A stretch of 59,671 bases of DNA from a virus (lineage: Duplodnaviria > Caudoviricetes), in IMG/VR virus record IMGVR_UViG_3300032332_000896, positions 1 to 59,671 of that record; one strand, written 5' to 3'. The notes under the pieces were generated by a model that worked only from the letters and a program-made list of their open reading frames with translations, was not told the DNA's origin and made no database searches. Each line of letters begins with the position of its first letter. Within the stretch, counting starts at the first letter, position 1. Made by a program: the position numbers and the translations under genes. Below, in pieces: positions 35,702-45,550 of this stretch.

Positions 35702-35961
35702 GGCGTGGCGATGCCTCCAAGCGTGATCTTGCGCCAGTTCGTGCCGTTGCTGACAACGAGGCACGGCCCAGCGCTTTCATCGGGCACGTAGAACGAGCGC
35801 CCCTCTGTGAGTGTTGCATCTTCGTTTGCAAGCTCAGCCATCGTGCGCTTCTGGAACTGGCCGACATTGAGCAGATCGGCGTGCTGGTTGATCGCGTCCG
35901 TCATGCGGACGACGGTGTCACCCTTTGGCGCGAGCTTCTTTGCTGGTGCTGCGTCGTTCAT
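35698..35961 (-). CDS. Small tail-associated protein
   Basis: C-terminal SNGTNWRK motif; ATGA-coupled. Confidence 0.55.
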   Translation of the reverse strand: MNDAAPAKKLAPKGDTVVRMTDAINQHADLLNVGQFQKRTMAELANEDATLTEGRSFYVPDESAGPCLVVSNGTNWRKITLGGIATP

Positions 35962-37397
35962 CGTGCGCCCATCGCCTTGCCCTTGTAGTCAATCGCCGTC
36001 ACGAACGTCCACGTATCGGCTGCAGGGATTTGCATCTTGGCTCGGACGTAGTTGCCCATCACACCGCGCTGCGGGCAGCGTCCGCTGGCCTGCTGCGAGA
36101 TGGCTGGCTTGAATGTCACCGTCTGAGCTGGTCGCATTGTTCCAGCGCCCGCCATCGTCGCGCCCGTTGAGTCGGAGATTGGACGGAGCCACTCGACCGT
36201 TGCCGGTCCTTGCGTCAGCGCGAAGTCTCCGGTCTCCAGAACGGCTGCAACAGAGTCGCCCGAGAACGTGCCGAGCTTGTGCTCGGGGCTGAAGCCGCCG
36301 AAGTAGCGCGTGCCGCCAAGGAAGAACGGATCGTCAAACGAGATAGTCATATCATCGATGCTGTATGGGTAGTCGTCGATGCTGACGCCAAGCGACGCCG
36401 CGCTGATGATGAACTCTGTCGAGTATGGGACGACAGACGCCATTTTTGACGCCCAGTTGTAGATCAGAATCTGGTCAGGCGTTCCGCTCACATTGTCAGC
36501 CGAGCAATAGGCCCACGCCACCAGCTTGTCTGACGGGTTGATCGCCGCCGACATGCGGTTCCAGAGGGAGCGGTTGCTGTTCGCAATGAACCAGCGGTCG
36601 AACTTGCCAACACCAATCGGGATGACCTGCTGACCATCAAAGGCGTAGAAGCCGTCCTCCGACAGGAAGAAGAACATCGTGCCCCACTGCACGAGGCTGT
36701 TTGGCTCGATGCAGCCGATACCGTCCACCAGCTTGTCGATCTGCATGATCGTCGGCCCGCCGACATAGTTCATGCGGCGGATCGCATTTTCCTGAAATAC
36801 GTAGAGCACGTCGAGCGCGGCAAGGCCGGTGATCCTGCCGCCGTCCGCAAACTCCTGCTCGTCGCTCTGGTTCGTGCCCGGCGTCCAGCCCGTGCTGTCG
36901 CCAAAGCCGCTCCACTTGATCGCCATCGCTGACGTGCCAAGCGCACCGAGGACGACGAACTCGACAAAGGAGGACACGAACTGGGCAGATGGAGGAGAGC
37001 CGCCGAGATTGGCGAACGCGGTCGATGCCGTGCTCATGTCGATATACTGCGGCACGTCCGTTCCGTTCACCGCGATGAGGCGGTCGCCATAGGGCGAGAA
37101 ACGCCAGCGCGTTGTCTCACCGGCAGGGCCGTATCCGCCGACGCGGCTGCGATCCGTGAACGTGATGCTCTCCAGCTCGTAGAGCTTCGTCGAGTTGCCG
37201 GCGTAGATGTGGTGCGCTTGGTCGATGTCGCGCACAGCAATCGCGCCGAGACACTTCGCGTCGAGCGCGGAGGTCGTGATCGAGAGCCCGTTGAAAGGTC
37301 CATAGCCCTCGATCAGCGGCGTCACGCCAGATGCCGTGCGAAGGTGCGGGGAGCGTACAATGGGAAGGTCAGGAGACCACGCGCCAAGATCGATCAT
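35958..37397 (-). CDS. Tail tubular protein B / nozzle (P22 gp10-like)
   Basis: G.W.PD.P N-terminus, IKWSG, VFQENAI..M.Y.G, GIGC....S.V, FFLSEDGFY.FDG. Confidence 0.8.
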   Translation of the reverse strand: MIDLGAWSPDLPIVRSPHLRTASGVTPLIEGYGPFNGLSITTSALDAKCLGAIAVRDIDQAHHIYAGNSTKLYELESITFTDRSRVGGYGPAGETTRWRFSPYGDRLIAVNGTDVPQYIDMSTASTAFANLGGSPPSAQFVSSFVEFVVLGALGTSAMAIKWSGFGDSTGWTPGTNQSDEQEFADGGRITGLAALDVLYVFQENAIRRMNYVGGPTIMQIDKLVDGIGCIEPNSLVQWGTMFFFLSEDGFYAFDGQQVIPIGVGKFDRWFIANSNRSLWNRMSAAINPSDKLVAWAYCSADNVSGTPDQILIYNWASKMASVVPYSTEFIISAASLGVSIDDYPYSIDDMTISFDDPFFLGGTRYFGGFSPEHKLGTFSGDSVAAVLETGDFALTQGPATVEWLRPISDSTGATMAGAGTMRPAQTVTFKPAISQQASGRCPQRGVMGNYVRAKMQIPAADTWTFVTAIDYKGKAMGAR

Positions 37398-37399
37398 GG

Positions 37400-39916
37400 T
37401 TACGCCTTCTCATCGCTGCGCCTGCGGGAGAGCAGTCCCTGCGTAGCGCCAGCGACAGTTGCCGCGCCACCGCCACCAAGGAGCGGCACCATCATGAGCG
37501 GCATTGGCTCTTTCAGTTGCTTCTTCAGGTCGGGCGTTAATCGAACATAGGCGTAGTGAACAGGCCCGCCGCCCTGTGAAATGTTAGTACCGTCCACGAT
37601 GCGTTTCTGAACTTTCACGCCAGCTTTTTTCGTGATGTCTTCAATCGCTTTGAGGAACATTTTCTCGTAATAGTAATTTCCGCTGCGCCAGTAGGCGTCG
37701 CCATTCGACACGTTCAGCGGCCACGCAAAAATATCTTTCCCCTCATCTACCGCCTCTCTCAACGAGCGCTTTGCAATGAAGTTTGTCCACAAGTCCCCTT
37801 TGAACGGAGTTTTTGGAGGGCGTCGTTTCTTCTGTTGTGGATCAATCCTTGAAATCATTGGTTCGCCTCGAATGCCTGCAAGTCTGGATTGGGCGTCTTC
37901 CAAATCTTCAATGGGCTTTTCGTAGCTGAGATACTCTGCATGCGATGCTTTCTCTGCATCGTCCAGTTCTCTCAGGATGCGCTTTTGCTCCATATACTCT
38001 GGAGAGTTGGGGTCTGCATTGTACTGCGTAGCATTCTGATATTTGTCGCTATACAGGTGATCTTCCTTGGCCCCTCGGGCGTTCCGATGGATTCTGTATG
38101 CGGCGGTTTGCTTATTTTTCATGTCGATCAGCTCCGAACCAATCGCCTCGTATTGCGCCTGCTCTTCCGGCGTAAATTCTCGTGCGTATCCGTTATTCTG
38201 CCCGATCTGGTGAACGTCGGACTGCCCCTCATTCATGTCCTTGACCTTGAGCGTCAGCATGGGCTGATCTGGATTTGGGGGTAGTCCTGTTGTGCCGTTG
38301 GCTATCTCTTTATACAGGGCTCTTTGGGCGCCCTTCACATCATATTCCAATGATTGAAGTGGCGAATCTTTCGCTATCAAATCTGGAATCTTGTCGACAT
38401 CGGGGTGCAGCGTCTTTGCGACTTCCACACGCGCATTGAACGCCGCGAGGGCGTCATCAAAGTATTTCTGCCTGATTGCGATTTCGTCCGCATTCGGTGG
38501 CGGCGGCATCGTGCCATCAAGCTCGGCCTGCGACATCTTCCACTCGCGGTCGACAGATCGAGAGTGGGCAAAGCGTGTTGGATTGGGCTGGCCCAGCCCC
38601 GGCGATGAGTCGGGCCTTGACCCGCCGTTCCAGTGCGTATTGTAAAATGCCCTGCCCATCGGGGTCTTGTATTCTGGATCAACACCCCAGAGTTTTTCGA
38701 TGGAATCATCCCCCCCCCTCAAGGTGTATGTGTTGTAAACCGCTTTTACGCCGGGGTCTTGAAGAGGATGGCTCCACCGCACGTCTTGGAATGCGCTGTC
38801 ATATCCGAAGTTCGAGTCGTCAAGGGCTTGCCGCGCAGCTGCGCGCATCGTGTCATGGTAGTTCGTCCATTCTGGAGTGGAATAAGCGTGATCTTCAGCG
38901 CTATACCGAGAGGGAAAACGCTCATCAAATTGGTGCAGCAAAGTTCCGTCAGGCTTCAAGATTTTCGCGGTCCATTCTTTGCGCTTCGGCACAAGTTCTT
39001 TGCCGAGCACCACGGAATCAAGTTCACCCGTGAACAGGTCTGGCGTTGCTGGATCGCGGGCCATCAGGCTGTCGACATAGTCCAGCTGCGCTTGCGGGCG
39101 AGCCGCGTCGAGGAGGTAATCACGCGCCATTCTGTCGTAATACGCAATGGTATGTGGGTCCGCATTGCCATATAATTGTTGGCCAAGCATATCTCGGCCA
39201 TCAGACATTTGCTGAGCAGTCAGCAACATACTTTCGGCGCTGGAGTTGAGATCGTCGAGTTCGCGGATCAACGCGGCGCGATCAGGAAGTGTTCCGACAA
39301 TTTCTTCGTCAGTACCGACAACCGGGCGCCAATAGTCATAGTCGCTAATTTGGCGATCCGCGATGCGCTTTCGACGAGTCTCAACTTCTGGACCGTGCTT
39401 GGCGCTCCATTCCTCCTCAGTCAGAAGCGGGCCTTTTCTGCCCAGCTCCCATTCTTTAGGCGCGTACAAAGTCGTGCCGCGCGGCCCCCTGTTCGGGCCA
39501 CCGCCATCGCCGCCAGCCATGAAGTCGAGCAGGTCTTCCCGGCGCAGGGGCTTGTCCGACATCTCGCTCAAGTAATCCCTGATCTGGGAAGACTCGATCT
39601 CGTCCAGTTTGACTCCGGGAAGTACGGCGCGCTCGGGAATGAGCTGCGGCTTGCTCATCACCGGATTCTTGTTTTCATCAAACAGCAGTTTGTTATTTTC
39701 ATCTCGCAAGTGCGTTGTCTTAATGCGCTCTGGCTCGATTAGGCTGCTAAGCCACTCCGCGCCTGTACCTACCGATCTCGGATGGCCTGCAATCCCTTCG
39801 CGCAGCGCAGAATAAAACATCGGCTGTTCAACAGTAGAGTCGATGGCGCCAGCTGCGCCATTTTTTCCTATGTTCCGAATAAGCTCTCCGAGAAGTCTTT
39901 TGGGCAGCAAAGACAT
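37400..39916 (-). CDS. Large putative injected/internal virion protein
   Basis: FYSAL...GT.AEW...GVK.DEI, YTL.GG...HW...AHSR...E.QSD.HQ.G...GY, PFK..W...KR..EA...G.D; looks lower in GC. Confidence 0.65.
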   Translation of the reverse strand: MSLLPKRLLGELIRNIGKNGAAGAIDSTVEQPMFYSALREGIAGHPRSVGTGAEWLSSLIEPERIKTTHLRDENNKLLFDENKNPVMSKPQLIPERAVLPGVKLDEIESSQIRDYLSEMSDKPLRREDLLDFMAGGDGGGPNRGPRGTTLYAPKEWELGRKGPLLTEEEWSAKHGPEVETRRKRIADRQISDYDYWRPVVGTDEEIVGTLPDRAALIRELDDLNSSAESMLLTAQQMSDGRDMLGQQLYGNADPHTIAYYDRMARDYLLDAARPQAQLDYVDSLMARDPATPDLFTGELDSVVLGKELVPKRKEWTAKILKPDGTLLHQFDERFPSRYSAEDHAYSTPEWTNYHDTMRAAARQALDDSNFGYDSAFQDVRWSHPLQDPGVKAVYNTYTLRGGDDSIEKLWGVDPEYKTPMGRAFYNTHWNGGSRPDSSPGLGQPNPTRFAHSRSVDREWKMSQAELDGTMPPPPNADEIAIRQKYFDDALAAFNARVEVAKTLHPDVDKIPDLIAKDSPLQSLEYDVKGAQRALYKEIANGTTGLPPNPDQPMLTLKVKDMNEGQSDVHQIGQNNGYAREFTPEEQAQYEAIGSELIDMKNKQTAAYRIHRNARGAKEDHLYSDKYQNATQYNADPNSPEYMEQKRILRELDDAEKASHAEYLSYEKPIEDLEDAQSRLAGIRGEPMISRIDPQQKKRRPPKTPFKGDLWTNFIAKRSLREAVDEGKDIFAWPLNVSNGDAYWRSGNYYYEKMFLKAIEDITKKAGVKVQKRIVDGTNISQGGGPVHYAYVRLTPDLKKQLKEPMPLMMVPLLGGGGAATVAGATQGLLSRRRSDEKA

Positions 39917-39918
39917 CG

Positions 39919-40095
39919 TTAAACTCCTCCCTGTGCCGCTTTCGCAGCCTTGTCTCGCGCCTGTTCCTCAGCGCGCGAGCGTGCGTCTTCCTCACCCTTC
40001 GAGAACACGCGGGCCGTGCCCGTCTGGCCGTCATAGGTGCAGACCACGAGCGGCTTGCCGCCAACAGTCTTCAGCTCGAATGTTGCTTCAGGCAT
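39919..40095 (-). CDS. Hypothetical protein (58 aa, below ORF-track cut-off)
   Basis: MPEATFELKTVGGKPLVVCTYDG...; fills gap; GGAG RBS. Confidence 0.55.
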   Translation of the reverse strand: MPEATFELKTVGGKPLVVCTYDGQTGTARVFSKGEEDARSRAEEQARDKAAKAAQGGV

Positions 40096-40468
40096 CTCTT
40101 GCTCCGAACGGTATCGAGTAGAGGTCGGACATTCTGATGTTCTGCAGACCCGTCGACCCTCTCGCGGCCTGCTGGAACCTACCCTGCTGGTGCAGGTGCT
40201 GGAGCGCGTAGAAGAGATAGTCTGGATCGATGATGTCCGGCCTGTAGACGTAGGCGCCGTAGTGCTCGGGATTGAACTCCCGTGTCGGCATGCCGACCTT
40301 GTTGGCAGCGCCGCGTCGCACGACGAAGAAGTTGGCGTTCTCGTCTGGCACGCTCTCCAGCTTCACGAGGTCGGCCATTGTGAGCGCCTTGCGGGCGGCA
40401 GCGTACTTCTCGGCTTGTGGGATGTCTGCGACGGAGGCTTTCAGCAATCGCGTCAGCAGCCCCATCAA
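40088..40468 (-). CDS. Small protein with HsdS (type I R-M specificity subunit) TRD-like C-terminus
   Basis: IDPDYLFYAL...ARGSTGLQNIRMSDLYSIP resembles the HsdS conserved region; MGLLTR start. Confidence 0.5.
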   Translation of the reverse strand: MMGLLTRLLKASVADIPQAEKYAAARKALTMADLVKLESVPDENANFFVVRRGAANKVGMPTREFNPEHYGAYVYRPDIIDPDYLFYALQHLHQQGRFQQAARGSTGLQNIRMSDLYSIPFGARDA

Positions 40469-41421
40469 ATCCTCCGCGCGATCCGCTTCGAGGTCGTCCG
40501 CATGACGTGCTCGCGGTAGAGCGCCTTCTCGGCGTTTTCGAGCGCCTGTTGGGCGGCGGGCACATCCTCGTAGCTCTTGATGTAGTCACGCAGCAGTAAC
40601 AGCTTCGCGCTGGCGCGGATCAGCAGCTCGCCGTGCGTCATCCAGCCATTGCTGATCTCGTTGCCGGTGAGCGTCGAGTCCTCGAAGATGCCCGACCACG
40701 TCAGCGTGTAGGCAGCGTCTGGCACTGGGTAGATGCGGATGCGGCCACCATAGCGGCTGTACTCGTAGGGCTGGTTCTGCGTCGTCACGCCGTCAAAGCG
40801 CGACTCCATCTCGTTGAAGCTGATCTCGCGCATGGAGTAGCGCTGGCCGCTGATCGTGATGCGAAGGCTGTCGAGGCGGATCAGGCCAGTATAGTCGTTG
40901 ACGTATTCCGATCCAGACGTGGTCGAGGACGTGATGGTCAGCGTGTTCGGCTCCTGCAGAAACCAGAACGGTCGGCTCCTGTAGAGCTTGATCGAGTCGA
41001 AGATGGCGTCCTCGATCTCCTTGTCCCATGTGCGACCCAGAGTGACGTGCGTGACATCGGTGAGCGTGCGTTCGAGGTCGGAGGCAATCCGGTTCTTCAT
41101 GTCGCCAAGATTGGCGTCGTCGCCGCCGACGCTGGTAGAGCTGGAGAAGAGCTGGCCAGAGAGACCAGCGCCGCCCGTGACGCTATCCCAGACGACCTTC
41201 AGTATCTGGTAGACCTGCGGGGCCGTGACGGTCGCAGACGCTCCGGGGATCAGCGCAAAGTCGTGCTCGCCGATTGTCGAGCTGGGCGTCCCGCCATTGA
41301 AGCGGCCATACATGGTCGAGCCAGCGTTATTGCGAAGGTCCGCCGTGATGTTGTCGCCGCTCGCAGCCCACGCTGTTTGCGCGGTGGTTGAAGAGAAGAC
41401 GGCAATGTCAGTGGTTGCCAT
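40465..41421 (-). CDS. Head-tail adaptor / tail tubular protein A with N-terminal extension
   Basis: MK.RIA.DLER, IRIYPVPD.AYTL, SNGWM.HGE.LIR. Confidence 0.75.
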   Translation of the reverse strand: MATTDIAVFSSTTAQTAWAASGDNITADLRNNAGSTMYGRFNGGTPSSTIGEHDFALIPGASATVTAPQVYQILKVVWDSVTGGAGLSGQLFSSSTSVGGDDANLGDMKNRIASDLERTLTDVTHVTLGRTWDKEIEDAIFDSIKLYRSRPFWFLQEPNTLTITSSTTSGSEYVNDYTGLIRLDSLRITISGQRYSMREISFNEMESRFDGVTTQNQPYEYSRYGGRIRIYPVPDAAYTLTWSGIFEDSTLTGNEISNGWMTHGELLIRASAKLLLLRDYIKSYEDVPAAQQALENAEKALYREHVMRTTSKRIARRI

Positions 41422-41433
41422 TACCGTCTCCCC

Positions 41434-43824
41434 TTATGCGTCTGAAGTCATGTAGTGACCGCCTACGTGCAGCGTCACGGCAGTAGCGGACGGAAGATTT
41501 GTCATGGCTGAAACCGTGAGGCCACCCGTCGTTAGCGGCCACGTAATGCGGCATGTTGTGGTGCCAACGAGACCTTGGACAAGGGGAACGGTTGCGTTCG
41601 CGGGGCGCGTGACGTTTTGCACGCGGCCAAATGCGAAAGACGGGTCCAGCCCGGTGCTCTCAACCGTAAATGGGAGTCCTGCGATATTCCACTCGCCAGA
41701 GGCTGTCGTATAGGTCGGCGTAAACAGAAACTCCAACTGGAAAAAAACCAGCTTTCCAAAGCGGTGATAACGCCCGAGCTGCGTGGTGTATGCAATGGAA
41801 AGGTCGCCCGGCACGGCGGCTGTAATTGTTGGCGTGAAGCTGGTGTCAACGAGGTCGAGCTTACGGTCTGCGCCTCCGGTGCGGAAATTGACCAAGACGT
41901 TTGCCGTGATGTTCTCATCGGTTGTAAGGGTCATTGTGTGAGAGGCATTGGTGTCTTGAATCTTGACACCATTATTCGGGAATTGAACGGGGTAAAAAAA
42001 TTTCTTGACGGTTGGCGTCGTGCCCGAGCGCTCCCAGCGCTCCATCTCAGCGCCAAACGCGCCGCCGTCCGACATCGTCGCTGTCTGAAGAAAGCCGCTT
42101 GCGTTGATGGTCTGCTGGTACACCTTTTGGTTGGTGGTGGGCTCGTCGCTCCTCCAGCGCTGCAGCATTCCGGTTGGGTGATAGATCGCTACACGACAGC
42201 CATCGGATCGGTTGGTTGTGTATCCGATGTGGATGCTCCCCGTGCCGTCCTCATACGAGTTCGCACCGTTCGCATAGGCTTGGAATTTCTGGTTGTTGGG
42301 CTTCGACCACGAGCCCGAGCCGACGCCGTTAAAGTTTGGCTGCTGGTTTCCAGACGTTGCGGAAATTCCATAAAAATGCTGCGAGACTGACGGTTTGACT
42401 CCTGTCTCAAACAGCGGAGCCGTATCGCATGAAGTGACGCTGAAATAGTTGTCGTAGGAGTAGTTGTAATCAGAAGCCCCGCCGTCTCCCAGAACTCCGT
42501 CGCCAGCGCGAATAATCCAGCCCTGACCAGTGCCACCCGATTGACGCTGAACAATCATCTGGTCGCACAGATTGGTGTCTGACGCGCCGTGGTCGAAGCC
42601 AATGCCATTTTTGTGCTGGATACGGACGATGCCAAAGCGAGAAAGGCAGATATCCCAGCTGTTGCTGCCCTGCACGTTAGTCCACTTCAGGCCGTTTGCG
42701 CCATCCTGCGTGCCAGCTTGGGAGAAGTAGGCGTTTACCTCCATGCGCTCCCAGTAACAGAACATATAATTTCCGGTGGAAGTTGCGCCACACACGATCT
42801 GATAATCGGTGCATCCTTCTGCGGTGACGACGCCAGTATTGTGGTGCTCAATGCAGCCCCAGAGAGACAGCCCAATGGCCGCGACAAGATAACCATCAAA
42901 TGCAATGGAAGAGAGACCGCCTCCATTGTTCGCGGCAGGGGCGGCGCCAGCCGAGAACGTCAGGGCCGTTGTTCCCAGCGTGATGGTTGCAGGGTCTTGC
43001 GTGCATACCCAGCGCAGACCCGCATTCACTGTTCCGCCGACCGACTTGAAGTTGAAGTCATCTGCGCGGCCCGCAGTATAGTAAGTTGCGCGCGTGGCCG
43101 GGCCTGAAGCCCCGATCAGATAGGGGCCATTCTCGGACGCCGTCGTCTGGTTCTTCAGAAGAACGTAATCGCCCGTGACCAGCGCGACGCCATCAATCGT
43201 GCTTCCATTCGCAAGAGAGGCAATGCTGACGTTGGCAGTCGATGCTGCAACCACATACCGGCATTCCCGGTTGGTGCGATACATGACGCCGCCAACATGG
43301 CCGTCCCAGCGAAAGCACGCTTTGTAGATTCCAGAGTTGGCAATCGACTGCCCTTGAATGCGGATATTATGATAGCCGATAAGATCGATGGTTTTCTTGA
43401 TCTTGATCGGAACGGAGCGCGTGCAGGGCGGAACTTTCAGAATGCCGACGTTGTATGTGTTCGCGTAAGAAATTGCCGCAGCTATGCCGGTCGAATTTTG
43501 CGTGCTGGTTCGTGTGGCTCCGACGCCATACCAGCCGAGGTCGATCTCGTATCCATTGTCAAACTGCCGCTTGTAGCGCAGGGCGGTGCTGGGCGTTGAA
43601 GTGTTGACGATCACGCCGCCATCGTCGGCGGATGTCGTGTCGGTACTGTCGAGGCGAAACGTGCCGCCGCCATCACCCGCAACGTAGTTGTTCAGCACAC
43701 GGATTGTGTCGGGAGCCGCCGCAAGCAGGAATGTTGCCGCCCGGATTGCCGCGATATCCGCGAGCACAACTGTGCTGGCATCGGTATCTGCATCAAGCTG
43801 CGGATTGGAAACTGTGACTGGCAT
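41434..43824 (-). CDS. Tail spike / receptor-binding protein (beta-helix depolymerase-like)
   Basis: GDGGG.F..D..DTTSADDGG N-terminal module, WYGV, beta-helix-like body, QLGRY.R.G.LVF C-terminal domain. Confidence 0.75.
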   Translation of the reverse strand: MPVTVSNPQLDADTDASTVVLADIAAIRAATFLLAAAPDTIRVLNNYVAGDGGGTFRLDSTDTTSADDGGVIVNTSTPSTALRYKRQFDNGYEIDLGWYGVGATRTSTQNSTGIAAAISYANTYNVGILKVPPCTRSVPIKIKKTIDLIGYHNIRIQGQSIANSGIYKACFRWDGHVGGVMYRTNRECRYVVAASTANVSIASLANGSTIDGVALVTGDYVLLKNQTTASENGPYLIGASGPATRATYYTAGRADDFNFKSVGGTVNAGLRWVCTQDPATITLGTTALTFSAGAAPAANNGGGLSSIAFDGYLVAAIGLSLWGCIEHHNTGVVTAEGCTDYQIVCGATSTGNYMFCYWERMEVNAYFSQAGTQDGANGLKWTNVQGSNSWDICLSRFGIVRIQHKNGIGFDHGASDTNLCDQMIVQRQSGGTGQGWIIRAGDGVLGDGGASDYNYSYDNYFSVTSCDTAPLFETGVKPSVSQHFYGISATSGNQQPNFNGVGSGSWSKPNNQKFQAYANGANSYEDGTGSIHIGYTTNRSDGCRVAIYHPTGMLQRWRSDEPTTNQKVYQQTINASGFLQTATMSDGGAFGAEMERWERSGTTPTVKKFFYPVQFPNNGVKIQDTNASHTMTLTTDENITANVLVNFRTGGADRKLDLVDTSFTPTITAAVPGDLSIAYTTQLGRYHRFGKLVFFQLEFLFTPTYTTASGEWNIAGLPFTVESTGLDPSFAFGRVQNVTRPANATVPLVQGLVGTTTCRITWPLTTGGLTVSAMTNLPSATAVTLHVGGHYMTSDA

Positions 43825-43845
43825 AAAGCGCCTCCGCTACGTAGT

Positions 43846-44247
43846 TCAGGTGAACTCGGTGACGCGAGCAAAGCCGTTGGCGACTGCCCAGATGCCGCTG
43901 ATAATTCCGGTGTACCCGAACGGAATTGCAAAGAACCCGTCAGCAAGAATTTTTGTCGTGCAGTTGGTGGCGCTTACCGTGCCAGCGCCGAGCAGCAGAT
44001 AGAGAACCGATGTCGAATCGTTCCACACCGTCGCGCCATACCGGGCGGCGTTAGAAGCGAGCACCGTTCCTGCAGATGCAGACGAGGCAACCGAGCTTGC
44101 CGTGCCGGTGTTGACTGCGGTGTCACCCAGAGGGTTTCCGCCGCCGCCGCCTACAAGGTCAGCCGACGTGACGATGCGAATGGACGAGCCTTCCTTGACG
44201 AATAGAAGGACGTTCTGGGGCGTCTGCCCCTCGTTGAATGAAGGCAT
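43846..44247 (-). CDS. Virion structural protein
   Basis: LASNAARYGATVWNDS..LYL..G ... YTG.ISGIW..ANG.ARVTE. Confidence 0.65.
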   Translation of the reverse strand: MPSFNEGQTPQNVLLFVKEGSSIRIVTSADLVGGGGGNPLGDTAVNTGTASSVASSASAGTVLASNAARYGATVWNDSTSVLYLLLGAGTVSATNCTTKILADGFFAIPFGYTGIISGIWAVANGFARVTEFT

Positions 44248-44267
44248 GTCTTATCCCCTGAAAAGGT

Positions 44268-44296
44268 TCGGCCCCGCAGCTGCCTGCGGGGCCGAG
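44268..44296 (-). terminator. Strong hairpin after capsid operon
   Basis: TCGGCCCCGCAG-CTGC-CTGCGGGGCCGA followed by TTTT on minus strand. Confidence 0.7.
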
Positions 44297-44320
44297 AGGC
44301 CACTCAAATGTAAATCTGTG

Positions 44321-45121
44321 TCAGGCCGCTTGCGAGCCGTTGTCGACCTTGATCGCCCCGGTCTGCAGCATCTTCCTGAACGAAAGATCGTGCGCCACGC
44401 GGCCATCGTAGTGGATCAGCTCGACAGCTGTGTCGATGTACCGGGGCACGCCGAGCACGTCGCACTTGATCGAGAAGTCATAGTCCTCGCCGACATCGAC
44501 CATAGCGTCTTCGATGCCGAGTGCGGCAGCGCGCTTGGCTTCTGGCCCGTTCTCGGGAGCCGCCGCCAGTCCGTAGCCGAAATAGGTGGCGCAGAACGGC
44601 ATCGCAGCATCCGGCAGCTTCGGGTAGATGAAGCGGCGGACGAGGCCGCTGTCGTGCAGCTCTTCGTTGTTCAGCATCCCCTCAAACACGCTTCGATGTA
44701 TCCACATGAAGCAGGATGGGATGAATGTGTTGCTGGCCAAGCCGCGCTCATCGACTTCGAGGTTATGGTCGAGCGCTGCGTTGATCTCTGCGGGGGCGTT
44801 TGTGTTCGGGGCGCGCTTCTGCGCGACGCCCGCGACGATCTTCTCGCCGTGACTGACCATGCGAACAGCGTCTTCCGGCTTGAACGCGATGTCGTCGTCA
44901 ATGAAGAGGATGCCGTCGAAGTCCACCCCATCCGGCTGCGGCGACAGCATGTGCGCGCAGAGGACGTTTCTGACGCGGGGAAGAACCGGATTTCCCGGCG
45001 CGACCCAGCGCTCAAAACGAATGCCGGTCGATGCTGGCGTCGCCTGTGTTCTGGCCACCGACTCCGCGTGAGCGTAGTGGAGGTAGCCCGTGTAGCACGG
45101 CGTCGCCAGCATGACCTTCAT
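44321..45121 (-). CDS. GT-A fold glycosyltransferase-like protein
   Basis: MLATPCY, RVRN, ILFIDDDI (DxD), FMWIHRSVFE, GEDYDF, YID....H. Confidence 0.75.
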   Translation of the reverse strand: MKVMLATPCYTGYLHYAHAESVARTQATPASTGIRFERWVAPGNPVLPRVRNVLCAHMLSPQPDGVDFDGILFIDDDIAFKPEDAVRMVSHGEKIVAGVAQKRAPNTNAPAEINAALDHNLEVDERGLASNTFIPSCFMWIHRSVFEGMLNNEELHDSGLVRRFIYPKLPDAAMPFCATYFGYGLAAAPENGPEAKRAAALGIEDAMVDVGEDYDFSIKCDVLGVPRYIDTAVELIHYDGRVAHDLSFRKMLQTGAIKVDNGSQAA

Positions 45122-45130
45122 TCAGTCAGT

Positions 45131-45535
45131 CTATTCCCAGATCACGTAGGTGACAACGACATCGGCGGCGCCGGTCGTCGCTGCCGTGCCGGTCTGGGTA
45201 TATTTCACGAAGACATCGAGAGAGGTCGTCGTGCTGAGGATACCGGGACCGTTGACAGTCGTGGTCGCAACCGATCCTTCGGTCACGTCAGCCGCAGCAA
45301 CGAGGTTATCGCTGGTGGGGTTGTTCGTGCCGACAGTCAGGACGTTCGTGGTCGCCGCGTTGAACGCCGTCTTGATACGAACGACAGTGTTCATCACGAA
45401 GGCGTTCGCCGGGAGGCCAAACGCGAAGGCGACAGTCGATCCACCAGCGATGTCAGCGTCGGAGTAGGTGACGGACTTCGTCAGAAAGTGAACCTGACGC
45501 TCGTGATAATAACGAGCAATTTTGTTACTGGCCAT
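45131..45535 (-). CDS. Capsid decoration/minor capsid protein
   Basis: LPANA.V.....I.TAFNA.T...L.VG ... T.G.A..VVTY; directly after MCP. Confidence 0.7.
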   Translation of the reverse strand: MASNKIARYYHERQVHFLTKSVTYSDADIAGGSTVAFAFGLPANAFVMNTVVRIKTAFNAATTNVLTVGTNNPTSDNLVAAADVTEGSVATTTVNGPGILSTTTSLDVFVKYTQTGTAATTGAADVVVTYVIWE

Positions 45536-45550
45536 GATCCATTTCTCCTA

